From Coriobacteriales bacterium (GTDB lineage Bacteria; Actinomycetota; Coriobacteriia; Coriobacteriales; UMGS124): 64,000 nt of DNA. Location: contig DBEYOB010000046.1 in NCBI GenBank assembly GCA_048173955.1, forward strand, positions 12,413 to 76,412, read 5' to 3'. Of the stretch, positions 44,031 to 56,907 are shown in pieces. The notes under the pieces are model-generated. The model searched no databases and was not told the origin of the DNA. It saw nothing but the letters and a program-made list of their open reading frames with translations. A program made the position numbers and the translations under genes. Numbering within the stretch: position 1 is the first letter of the stretch; the number at the start of each line of letters is the position of its first letter.

Positions 44031-45602
44031 CTAAACTTGGGCCTCCTCTACGGCGGTGAGCAGCTCTTGCTGCGAATGGATGCCGAGTTTGGAGTAGATG
44101 TTCTTGCGGTGTGCGTTGGCGGTGTTGCGCGTGATTGAAAGCTGCCCGCAGATATATCCGACGTCGCGCCCGCGGGCGAGCAGCGTCAGGACCTCGGTCT
44201 CGCGTGCCGTGAGCCCGTGCTCACGTGCCACGGCTGCGCAACGTTGCCTCACTGACTCGTGGCTCATGCCAAACAGCAGGGGCGAGAGCGAGAGCAGATT
44301 GCGCTCGGGGAAAACGGCGACATAGGCGAGGGCGAGGAGGACGGTGAGTGCGAGGACGGTCCACGGCATGGCCTGCTGCCCCGCCGAGGGGCCGCCCATC
44401 CTTGCGAGTGCCTCGACCACCGCGAATCCCGAGCACATGCCCAGGTATTGCCCGGCGAATACGGGACCGACTACGCCGATCGGCTCGGCGCGGCGCATGT
44501 GCGCATAGCCGAGCGCGAGCATCCACATCGTGGGCCCTATGAGCGAGTACCCGATATAGACGAGCGCATACGATGCGAACAGCTCGGCCATCGGGACATT
44601 GGTTGCGGCGACGCCGGTTGCCGTCACGCCGCAGAGGCAGCAGGCAAACATCACGCGGTAGTACAGTTCGAGCCGGTAGGCGCCGCGCTTTTGCATGGCT
44701 CGGGCGCAGAGGAGCACGGCGGTGGCGCTTGCGAGCACCACCGCGGCAAACACGGCGGGAAACAGGCTTATGTCGAGGCGTCCCGGCAGCAGCTTAATGA
44801 AGTAGCACCACACAAACTGGGTGACAAACGAAAACACCGCTATTGCCAGGGCGAGGCGGGCAAGATCGTGCCTGCCTCCCGTTTCCATGTCGGTCGGCTT
44901 TCCAAAGGAGCGTGCGGAACGGTGCTGGGGAAGTGTCCCGACGTCGCCTTCGCTCGCGTCTCCCTCGTTCGCGTCGGCACAGTACAGAAGGTGTCCCGAG
45001 ACGAGTGGCGCCAGGATAACGAGGGCGACGCGGACCGGGAACGGAAGCCAGGCCAGGATGATGAACGGCAGCCATTGCAGGCATGCTGCCGCCGAAACGA
45101 GCACGAGGGCCTCGCGCAGGTCGAGGAGGGAGAGGTGCCTGCCCCAGGCAAGCGTAGACCAGGCAATGCAGACGCCCACTCCCAGGCCGGCAAGGACGCT
45201 CAAGAAAGTGGGGGAGGTGGGGGCGAGCTCGGTCAGCAGCACCGCCCCTGCGGCTCCTACGGCGCCGACGAGGCAAAAGACGAGCAGGACGGGCCGGCGG
45301 GAGAACGCCCCGAGCCGTTCGAGGACGCCAACGCGCCCCGTTTTGGCGAACGCAGCGCAAGCGAGCAGGGCGATGCTCGCCACAATGGTGGCGCAGAGGA
45401 ACACGGGGTCGTGCACGAGCCCGCCCTTCATGACCTCCCGGTCTCTCAAGACGCCCTCGAAACAAAAGAGCAAGTCGATCCAGGCCAACAGGAGTGCGAG
45501 ACCCAACCAGGTTCCGGTCTTGGTGCATAGAGACCCCGCGGGCAAAAACGATCCGTGTCGCTGCTCGGCCTCACCGGTGCAAGCCGTTGCGTCTTTCGCC
45601 AT
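44031..45602 (-). CDS. Membrane-bound LuxR-family regulator
   Basis: This is the 3' part of the 1391-aa track ORF, with the start at ATG 45600-45602 (MAKDATAC, with a G-rich stretch upstream). Many TM helices are followed by GLTARETEVLTLLARGRDVGYICGQLSITRNTANAHRKNIYSKLG. The gene is divergent from the flavoprotein at 46029. Confidence 0.8.
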   Translation of the reverse strand: MAKDATACTGEAEQRHGSFLPAGSLCTKTGTWLGLALLLAWIDLLFCFEGVLRDREVMKGGLVHDPVFLCATIVASIALLACAAFAKTGRVGVLERLGAFSRRPVLLVFCLVGAVGAAGAVLLTELAPTSPTFLSVLAGLGVGVCIAWSTLAWGRHLSLLDLREALVLVSAAACLQWLPFIILAWLPFPVRVALVILAPLVSGHLLYCADANEGDASEGDVGTLPQHRSARSFGKPTDMETGGRHDLARLALAIAVFSFVTQFVWCYFIKLLPGRLDISLFPAVFAAVVLASATAVLLCARAMQKRGAYRLELYYRVMFACCLCGVTATGVAATNVPMAELFASYALVYIGYSLIGPTMWMLALGYAHMRRAEPIGVVGPVFAGQYLGMCSGFAVVEALARMGGPSAGQQAMPWTVLALTVLLALAYVAVFPERNLLSLSPLLFGMSHESVRQRCAAVAREHGLTARETEVLTLLARGRDVGYICGQLSITRNTANAHRKNIYSKLGIHSQQELLTAVEEAQV

Positions 45603-46028
45603 GCGCATCCCCCCGACAAGCGTTTCCCAAACGTCGCTACGTGCATGATACGACATCGTCCGACAAAACGTCCGTACCTGGGGTGTCTGTCGACCGCGTC
45701 GCGGGCGCCTCGGTACCGGAAGTGCAAAGGCGTGCAGGAAGTGCCAAGAGTGATTGTCTTCCCAGCTCAGAACCATCTCACCACGTCGAGGTGAGGGTGA
45801 GGTTTGGCAAGATAGCCCTGCGGTGGCAATGGACGGGCGCATGCGTTCAGACCGAACATCGCCCCGACGCCGGATGCGGGGCGCGGTGCTCGGGCGCCGC
45901 GTCGCGCTGGCTGGGCGGCGCAATTGCCGCCTGGCTGAAACCGGTTCTGTCGGGATTGGCCTGTGTGGTGCGGTTGAGATGCCGCAGGACTGCCGCGCGG
46001 CGGATCCCACGATGCGAAAGAAGGTCGA

Positions 46029-48104
46029 GTGTTCATGCGGAACCAAGCTCAGCTGGTCGAAGAGCTCTCCAAGGTGCGCGGGGCCATCCCCCTGCCCGCG
46101 TCCCTGACGCGCCGCGGCTTCGTCGCCGGTGCGGCAGGTATGGCCGCTGCCGCCGTCGCAGGCGGCGCGGCCTCCGCCCTGGCCGAAGAGGCCGCCCCCG
46201 CCGAGGGCGCGCCTGCCGAGACGCCCGCCGAAGACGCCGCTGCGGCACCTGCCGCCGCTGCCGGTATGGCGTTTTCCGGCAACGAGGGCAAAACGATGGG
46301 TGAGGTCCTGGGTGCCGGCTGGCTCGGGGAGGAGCCCGAGATCCCGGCCGATCAGATCTCCGAGACCATCGACACCCAAATCGTGGTGTGCGGCGCCGGC
46401 CACGCCGGCACGGCGTGCGCCCGCAAGGCTGCCGAGCTCGGCGCGCAAGTCGTCGTCGTCGACCCCCAGACCGAGGAGAACTTCATGGTCCTCGGCAACG
46501 ACGTGGGCCACCTCAACTCCTCGTGGCAGACGGAAACCTGCGGCGTGCCGCGCTACGACGAGACCGAGTTCATGAACGAGTACCAGATCTATTGCGCCGG
46601 CCGTGCCCAGCCCAAGCTGGTGCGCGACTTTGCCTACCGCTCGGGCGAGGCGTTCGACTGGTTCATCGACAACTTCACCGATGAGGAGAAGGCCGGCATC
46701 GTCTGCCTCAACTGGCCGGTCACCGAGGGCTACAGCTACAAGAAGGGCATCTTCACCTCCTACGTGGGCACGCCCAACTTCGGCGGCGGCGTGGGCCTGC
46801 AGGAGGCCGTGATCCGCACCCAGCAGATCGCCAAGGATGCCGGCGCGCAGTTTATGTACGAGACCAAGGCCGTGCGCCTGGTCCACAGCGACGACGGCAC
46901 CGAGGTCACCGGCGTCATCTGCGAAAAGGGCGACGGCACCTACGTGCAGATCAACGCCCAGGCTGTGGTTTTGGCCTGCGGCGACATCGGTGCCAACTCC
47001 CCGATGTACAACGCCATCTGCGCTGAGAACTACGCGCTCGGCGAGTATCGCGACTGCTCGGCCATGAGCGGGCGCGACGGCAGCGGCATCGCCATGGCCA
47101 TGCGCATCGGCGCCAAGGTCGAGATCGGCACCGGCGGCGACATGGGCAGCCACGCCTCGTTCCCGCTCGGCCCGATGGAGGGCGCCGAGACCATCTGGCT
47201 CAACAAGTACGGCAAGCGCTTCTGCAACGAAGCCTACGGCGGACCGCTCCTCTCCGGTTGCGCCACTGCCCGCCAGCCCGGCAGCATCATCTACAGCGTG
47301 TGGGATTCCGACTGGAAGACCGTGCTGCTCAACCAGATTGCCGGCCACCTCGCACTCAAGAACTGGGACGAGGAGAGCGTCGAGAAGATCGGCGGCTACA
47401 TGGAGGCCGCGATCGGCTCGGGCGCCGAGGGCGACGACACCTCGGGCAAGTACCTCTACTGCGCCGACACCCTCGAGGAGCTCTTCGAGTACATGGGCAT
47501 GCAATAGGGCGTGGCCGCCAACGCCCTGGCCGAGATCGAGGCCTGGAACGCGGCGCGCGAGGCGGGCGTGGACACCGAGTTCGGCCGCGACCCCGAGATG
47601 CTGTGGCCCATCGCCACGCCGCCGTTCTACGGCTTTGTGGGTGACAAGCGCGTGGGCGGCGGCTCGCTCGTTGCGACGTCGGGCCTGCTGTGCACCGGAG
47701 ACCAGCAGGTTCAGGGCCAAGGCTTCGAGCCTATCAAGGGCCTCTACGCCACGGGCAACTGCTGCGGCGGGCGCTTCCCCATGGGCTACAACGGCATCAT
47801 GAACGGCGTGTCCATCGGCATGTGCCTCACGCTGGGCATGACGCTCGGTGAGTTCCTGGCTACCGGCGACCTCGATGCGGCCACCACGCTCGGCCTCAAC
47901 AACGCCGCGCCCAAGCAGTCTGCCAATGGTATGGGCCCCGGCCCGATGCCCGGAGGCGACGGTGCTGAGGGCAAGGGCGCCGAGGGTGAGGGCGCCCCTG
48001 CTGGGGACGCTCCCGCCGAGGGCGGTGAGGCGCCGGCCGCCGAGGGCGAGGCTCCTGTCGAGGGCGAGGGCGCTGCCGCTCCCGTCGAGGATGCTGTCGA
48101 GTAA
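46029..48104 (+). pseudogene. Tat-exported FAD-dependent oxidoreductase interrupted by an in-frame TAG at 47505-47507
   Basis: ORFs 46029..47507 and 47511..48104 are in the same frame, separated only by TAG-GGC. The upstream part has LTRRGFVAGAAGMAAAAVA and TQIVVCGAGHAGTACA. The downstream part retains the conserved PPFYGF and GLYATGNCCGG motifs. The start is GTG 46029 or ATG 46035. Confidence 0.7.
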
Positions 48105-48314
48105 CGCGGCGTCCGGCCCGGACGAGCCGGGCTGAAGGCAAAGGGTAAAAGGCAAAGAAGCCGTTTGAGAAAGGGCCGTTTGGGGCGAGCGAATCGTGCG
48201 TCCCAAACGGCCCCGGTTGTTGACCCGGCTTTTGCGGGATGCGCCGGCAGGGGCGAAACGCCTCCCCTGCGTTATGCACGGTTGTCGGGTGGCTCGCGCG
48301 CCGGCCCGCGGAGC

Positions 48315-48821
48315 CTATGCCGCCCGCCCGCCGCGCGCCATCTGCCGGGCGCGCCGTTCGGCGACGCGCAGCGCGGCGGCGATCAGGCCGACGATCGCGA
48401 TGCTCGTCCCCACGGCGCAAACCGTTCGCAGGTGGATGGCCGGGATTCCCACGAGCATGCCGATGACGTAGGGCACGAGCCATACGAGCCACACCAGCGT
48501 GCTGAACGTATGGAACGTCCGCTGGGAGCGCTCGTTGCGGCGCAGGTAGACGACGGTAGCCCACAGTGCGTGGACGAGCATGAGCGCGATGGCGAGCATG
48601 CCGGTGACGCCGTGGACGCCGATGCCCGCGGAGGCGTCGGATTGCCCGGCGATGCCCGACATGATGGCGGTGCCGGTGGTGTCGAAGGCGAGGCCGCCCC
48701 AGAACAGCAGCACGTGCCTGAGCCCGAGCGTGCCGGACGCCCGCTCCGAGAACACGCCGACCGTATAGAGCACGAGCGCGAGCGTGATGGATATAGTGGC
48801 GGCGACGAGCTGGATGCCCAT
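48315..48821 (-). CDS. Small integral membrane protein (4-5 TM helices), function unknown
   Basis: 168-aa ORF with a strong AAGGAGGA RBS. Hydrophobic helices run throughout, for example IQLVAATISITLALVLYTVGVF and TLVWLVWLVPYVIGMLVGI. Confidence 0.7.
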   Translation of the reverse strand: MGIQLVAATISITLALVLYTVGVFSERASGTLGLRHVLLFWGGLAFDTTGTAIMSGIAGQSDASAGIGVHGVTGMLAIALMLVHALWATVVYLRRNERSQRTFHTFSTLVWLVWLVPYVIGMLVGIPAIHLRTVCAVGTSIAIVGLIAAALRVAERRARQMARGGRAA

Positions 48822-48975
48822 GGATTTCCTCCTTGATGTGCTATAGTGAAGCCGTCTAATATGAACAAGGTTCAGCCTGAACGATGTTCAAGATACCGTG
48901 CGCCGGCGCGGCCGTCAAACCGACGCCGCGGCGCACCCTGAACGCTTCATCGCGATGTTCACGAGAGGGGAGACC

Positions 48976-49569
48976 ATGGGCAGCCGGGCGACGATATCGC
49001 GGGAGCAGATCCTCAACGCCGCATGCTCGCTGGCGGAGGAACGCGGCCTCCATGCGCTGGGCATCCGCGACGTGGCCGAACGCTGCGGGGTGTCGGTGGG
49101 GTCGGTCTACAACTACTACCCGCGCAAGGCCGAGCTGGTCGCCGACGCGGTGGAGCGCTACTGGCTCTCCTCGCTGCCCGAGGGCGTCGTGCGCGCCATG
49201 CATGCGAGCGCGGGGCTCGACTTTCTGGCCTTCTGCGAGCAGGCGGCATCTCAGCTTGCCGCCCCGTTGCGGGAGTTTCGCGAGCGGTGGCTGCGCGACG
49301 TCGAGAAGCTCGACGCCCGCAGCCTCGCCGCCGCCCGAGCGCGCGAGGCGGCGTGCTTCTCCCATATCCGCCGGGGGCTGGCCGCCGTGCTTGCGGGCGA
49401 CCCGTGCGTCGACCGGTCGCTGTTCGGCGGCGCCGTCACGCCCGAGGCGCTGTGCGAGCACGTGTGGGAGGGCCTGTTGGCGTCGCTGCACCGCGGGGAC
49501 GGTTCGTGCGCGGTGCTGTTCGCGCTGCTCGGCCGGGCGCTGTACCCCGACCGCCGCACTTCGCGCTAA
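48976..49569 (+). CDS. TetR/AcrR-family transcriptional regulator
   Basis: ORF 48898..49569, with the start at ATG 48976 (GAGAGGGGAG upstream). The HTH is REQILNAACSLAEERGLHALGIRDVAERCGVSVGSVYNYYPRK. Confidence 0.8.
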   Translation: MGSRATISREQILNAACSLAEERGLHALGIRDVAERCGVSVGSVYNYYPRKAELVADAVERYWLSSLPEGVVRAMHASAGLDFLAFCEQAASQLAAPLREFRERWLRDVEKLDARSLAAARAREAACFSHIRRGLAAVLAGDPCVDRSLFGGAVTPEALCEHVWEGLLASLHRGDGSCAVLFALLGRALYPDRRTSR

Positions 49570-49638
49570 AGCGTGTTTCGCGCTAAACTCGGCCTCGAGA
49601 CGAACCCGCGCGGCGGGGAGAGCGAGGAGGGACCATCC

Positions 49639-50511
49639 ATGGCTATGCTGCGGTGCCCGGTGTGCGGGCGGGTTTTGGAGGAGGACGGGCGGGGCGCCCG
49701 CTGCGCCGCCGGCCACACGTTCGACCGGGCGCGGGAGGGCTACCTCAACCTGCTGCGCTCCTCGAAGGCCGGCGACAGGACGGGCGACCCCAAGGCGGCG
49801 GCCCGCAGCCGGCGCGACTTCCTCGACCGGGGCTACTACCGGCCCTTGCGCGACGAGCTGGTGCGCCTGGTGGGGGAGCTGGTCGCCGAAAAGGCCGACG
49901 GGGCGACCGGCGAAACGGACGTTGAGGAGCTCGGCGACGACCCGACGCGCGCCGCCCGCAGCCCGCTCGCCCTGCTCGACATCTGCTGCGGCGAGGGCTA
50001 CTACACGAGCGCCCTCGGTGCGGTCGCGGGCGTTGACGCATACGGTTTCGACCTCTCGAAGGAGATGGTGCGCCTTGCCGCCAAGCGGGGCGGGGCGTCC
50101 TGCTTCGTCGCCAACATGAAGGCGATTCCCGTTGCCGACGGCTCGTTCGACGTCGCGACGCACCTGTTCGCGCCGTTCATGGAGCGCGAGTTCGCGCGCG
50201 TGCTCAAGCCGGGAGGCGTGCTGTTCACGGTGATTCCGGGCGAGCGGCATCTGTTCGGCCTCAAGGAGGCCGTCTACGACACGCCCTACCTCAACGACGA
50301 GCGTCTGCCGCAGACGGCGGAGCTCGAACTCGTCGCCCGGCACAGGGTTGCGGCGGACATCGTGCTCGAGACCTCCGCCGACATCGAGGCGGTGTTCCAG
50401 ATGACGCCGTACTACTACCACACGAGCGAGCGCGATCGGGCCAAGCTCGCCGGCCTGACGGAGCTGGCGACGCCGATCGAGTTCGTCATCGGGGAGTATC
50501 GGAAAGCCTGA
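49639..50511 (+). CDS. rlmA: 23S rRNA (guanine-N1)-methyltransferase RlmA-like SAM-dependent methyltransferase
   Basis: ORF 49573..50511, with the start at ATG 49639 (GAGGAGGG upstream). The N-terminal zinc ribbon is LRCPVCGRVLEEDGRGARCAAGHTFDRAREGYLNLL. The SAM motif is LLDICCGEGYY. Confidence 0.7.
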   Translation: MAMLRCPVCGRVLEEDGRGARCAAGHTFDRAREGYLNLLRSSKAGDRTGDPKAAARSRRDFLDRGYYRPLRDELVRLVGELVAEKADGATGETDVEELGDDPTRAARSPLALLDICCGEGYYTSALGAVAGVDAYGFDLSKEMVRLAAKRGGASCFVANMKAIPVADGSFDVATHLFAPFMEREFARVLKPGGVLFTVIPGERHLFGLKEAVYDTPYLNDERLPQTAELELVARHRVAADIVLETSADIEAVFQMTPYYYHTSERDRAKLAGLTELATPIEFVIGEYRKA

Positions 50512-50819
50512 GGAACCGCTGGGCCCGCATGTGGTCATTTGGCGAGGACGCCCCGCAGGCGGGGCGCCGTGGCCCCTTCGGCCTTCGTTAACCGGGAAGA
50601 AACCTCCCCAGCCCGTATGATGGGTTCCGCACGTCCCGCGGCGTTTGTCGGGCGCCGCGTTGGCCGCGGGGGTTGCGCCGTAGTATGCTGGTAGGGTATG
50701 CGCGCGGTCCAACCTGCGGGCGCACTCGCGCTCCGCAATCCGCCGTCGCGGCAAAAGCCCGCGGGCCGCGTGCGCGTTTCCGCACGCGCGTTTCACAGGA
50801 ACTGGAGAGGAGAGACTGG

Positions 50820-54386
<3,567 letters not shown>

Positions 54387-54456
54387 GACGCGACGCGGCG
54401 CGCAGACGCGCTGCCTACTTGCGACGGCGGGCCCGCTGCGAAGGAGGGCCCGCCCC

Positions 54457-54520
54457 GGCGCCCCGGGACCTGCGCACGAAACGGCGCGCGGGTCCCGGGG
54501 CGCCGTGCGTTTGGGGTGTT
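54457..54520 (+). terminator. Candidate terminator downstream of PFOR
   Basis: Perfect 14-bp stem: GGCGCCCCGGGACC (54457-54470) pairs with GGTCCCGGGGCGCC (54491-54504). It is followed by GTGCGTTTGGGGTGTTG. A second 8-bp hairpin lies just upstream. Confidence 0.45.
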
Positions 54521-54661
54521 GCGGGCGGGTGCAGAGGCGCGGGCGGGGCCGGGAAGTGCGGGCGGGCGCGGGCGAGAAGAGCGTGCAGGGGGGGGACGGG
54601 CGGATGCGGCTGCGCGGGCGGGGAAGTGTGTGCGCGCGTCGGGCGGCGGTCGAAAAGCGTG

Positions 54662-54867
54662 CGAGTGCGTGATTCTGAAAAAATGCCGGTCAAAAAACCA
54701 ACGAGTGCGTGCGAAAGCATGCCCCTGCGAACCCCGTCGGCGATGGCCCGTATGCAAAGCCGCAGGTAGAGCGTGTGACATCGGGAAAAGGGGGCGCCGG
54801 CGTCCCGGAACGAGCATACATTCGCCGTCCAATTGACCAACACTTTTCCAAAAACACGCATTCGCGG
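54662..54867. repeat. Diverged third member of the R1 repeat family (inverted-repeat bounded, ~206 bp)
   Basis: 54662-54716 matches the reverse complement of 16291-16347 at about 80 percent by eye. 54831-54867 (TTGACCAACACTTTTCCAAAAACACGCATTCGCGG) matches 16311-16344 in direct orientation. Confidence 0.4.
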
Positions 54868-55013
54868 ATTATTTGGCCACACCGGCTGGCTGCCGGCTCA
54901 CTGTCGGCCTGCAGCTGCTCCTGCCGCCCTTCCGCTACGCCAGCTCGCCGTCCCTCCGCCACACCGGCCGGCTGCCGGCCCACTGTCGGCCCGCGGCTGC
55001 TCCGTCCTGCCGC

Positions 55014-56669
55014 CTAGCGCGCCTCGCGTTCGTACAGGTCGATGAGCTCCTGCTTCCCGCCCACGCCCGCCTTGCGGTAGATGTGGGCCGCATGGGTCTT
55101 GACCGTCCCGGCGGTCACGTAGAGCTGCTCGGCGATGAAGGGCAGGCTGCGCCCGCGCAGCAGGTAGGCGCACACCTCCGCCTCGCGCCTGGTCAGGTCG
55201 TGGCGGGACGCGAAGGCGTCGAGCGCCCCGGGAACGTCGGGTCCGCCGTCGGAGCCGGCAAGGTCTCCGTCGGTGCTGCCCGGCTTTCCGTCGGCGCCGC
55301 CTGGTCTCGCGCCGCGGCCATGCCCGCCTTCGCAGCCTCCGCCCGCGCCGCCTTCTCCGGATGCTGCCGTGCGTGCCCGCGGTCGTGCCTGGGCCTGGGT
55401 TTGGGCGGCGTCCTCCTCCAGGGCGGCAAGCCGGTCCGACAGCGTCTCGGCCATCATCACGAGCAGAAAGAAGAGGACGAACACCCCGCCCGCGCATGCC
55501 AGGGTGAGCCAGGCCTCGTGTGCTGCGGTGCCGCTGAGCGCGCGGCCGAGCACGTTTCCCGCGAACACGACGCCGCCGATGAGGCCCTGGCCCACGCCGA
55601 ACGACAGCAGCGGCGAGGCCCCCGTCAGCTGGGTCGCCTCGGTGACCTTGAGCATGACGAGCGCCTGCAGGAAGATGCTCGCCCCGTTGACCATGGCGCC
55701 GGCGAGCGCGCGCTCTCCGGCGGGGACCGCGATGATGAGGAGCATGCCGAGCACCGCGAAGGGAAGGCAGTAGCGGTAGAGCCGCTCGACGCCCACGCGC
55801 CTGCGCTCTTTGGGGACCAGCACGATCGCGGCGCACGTGATGCACCCGCACACGAGGAACCCACCGGGGAACATGACGGCCGCGCCGTTGTAGGTCGAGC
55901 CCATGAGCAGCGCGGTGGCGAGGTTGCCCACCAGCGCGGTCGCGGCGAAGAGCGCCATGGTGCGCCACGGGAGGACGCCGATGTCGGCCGACCCCTCCGC
56001 CGCCTCGCCGAGCAGCGGCCCGCTCGGCGTCCGCGAGGGCCAGACCTCCATCGTGAGCCGGTGGCGTCGCCACGAGTCGACGAGCCACAGACCGCCCGAG
56101 GCGAGCGGCAGCACGTAGGCGAGCAGGTGGGCGCAGGCCGTCGGGAGGCAGAGCGAGACGAGGTAGAGGACGTAGCCGAGCAAAAAGGACAGCAGGACGG
56201 GGCGGCGCATGTCCCGAGATCCCAAGGAGAAGCGCGCGCCCCAGGCGACGGTGAGCACCATGCCGCCCACCCCGTAGAGCACGCCGCAGCCGACGATGGC
56301 GGCGACGGGCGGCTCCGCTGCACTCAGCATGAGCGCGATTGCGAGGGACGACAGGGCAAGCAGGCCGGCCGCCCCCACGACGGTGGCGGGGGAGAGGTTC
56401 GGGCGCCAGCGCCCCATGGCGACGGCGATCAGGATGCCCAACACGAGCATCGTGAGCTGCGAGGCGTAGTAGGCGAACTCGATGCTGATGCTGTCGACGA
56501 CGTCCTTGGAGGGGAAGAGGGCGGACGAGAGGTTGGCGACGTAGCCCCACGCCCACAGGCACGCCGCGCCGGCGACGGTGCAGGCGGTCGAGCTCCGCCG
56601 GGGCCGTTCCGCCCGCGCGCCGCGCGAAGGCGTCGGCGATGATGAGCCGGGTGTGCCCGTCTGCTGCAC
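55014..56669 (-). CDS. Membrane-bound LuxR-family regulator
   Basis: 551-aa ORF starting at GTG 56667-56669, with GGAGG 5 nt upstream. Multiple TM helices are followed by a Gly/Ala-rich linker. The HTH is LTRREAEVCAYLLRGRSLPFIAEQLYVTAGTVKTHAAHIYRKAG. The gene is divergent from the flavoprotein at 56908. Confidence 0.8.
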   Translation of the reverse strand: MQQTGTPGSSSPTPSRGARAERPRRSSTACTVAGAACLWAWGYVANLSSALFPSKDVVDSISIEFAYYASQLTMLVLGILIAVAMGRWRPNLSPATVVGAAGLLALSSLAIALMLSAAEPPVAAIVGCGVLYGVGGMVLTVAWGARFSLGSRDMRRPVLLSFLLGYVLYLVSLCLPTACAHLLAYVLPLASGGLWLVDSWRRHRLTMEVWPSRTPSGPLLGEAAEGSADIGVLPWRTMALFAATALVGNLATALLMGSTYNGAAVMFPGGFLVCGCITCAAIVLVPKERRRVGVERLYRYCLPFAVLGMLLIIAVPAGERALAGAMVNGASIFLQALVMLKVTEATQLTGASPLLSFGVGQGLIGGVVFAGNVLGRALSGTAAHEAWLTLACAGGVFVLFFLLVMMAETLSDRLAALEEDAAQTQAQARPRARTAASGEGGAGGGCEGGHGRGARPGGADGKPGSTDGDLAGSDGGPDVPGALDAFASRHDLTRREAEVCAYLLRGRSLPFIAEQLYVTAGTVKTHAAHIYRKAGVGGKQELIDLYEREAR

Positions 56670-56907
56670 GGAGCCTCCGTTTCTCGCGTCCGGTGCGTAA
56701 AGCCGGCTTTAAGGACGGGGACGCCGGCGGGTAATGATAGAGTCATAATACACCTCTATCTACCTGCATGTTTATAGAATATCTGCCATTTCGGCAGATG
56801 CCTTCGCCCCGGGGTTTGAGGCATGATCGGCCTGTCGGGCGGCGCATGCGCGCCGCTTTCTCGCGCCCCTCGCACAATGCGGGAGGACGGACCAAAGGAG
56901 GAACGCC

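Noticed and set aside
47505-47507. Pyrrolysine or programmed read-through at the in-frame TAG
   Set aside because: No pyl genes or recoding signals are visible in the window, and the lineage is not known to me to use Pyl. A nonsense mutation or a sequencing error is the simpler reading. It is kept as a finding, but not as a recoding claim.
44031-48206. 1391-aa minus-strand ORF spanning the LuxR gene and the whole flavoprotein locus
   Set aside because: Only the last ~523 codons look like a real protein (TM helices plus a LuxR HTH). The upstream ~870 codons are Arg/Gly/Ala/His-rich antisense read-through of the plus-strand flavoprotein gene, as is typical of GC-rich DNA. An RBS-supported ATG exists at 45602.
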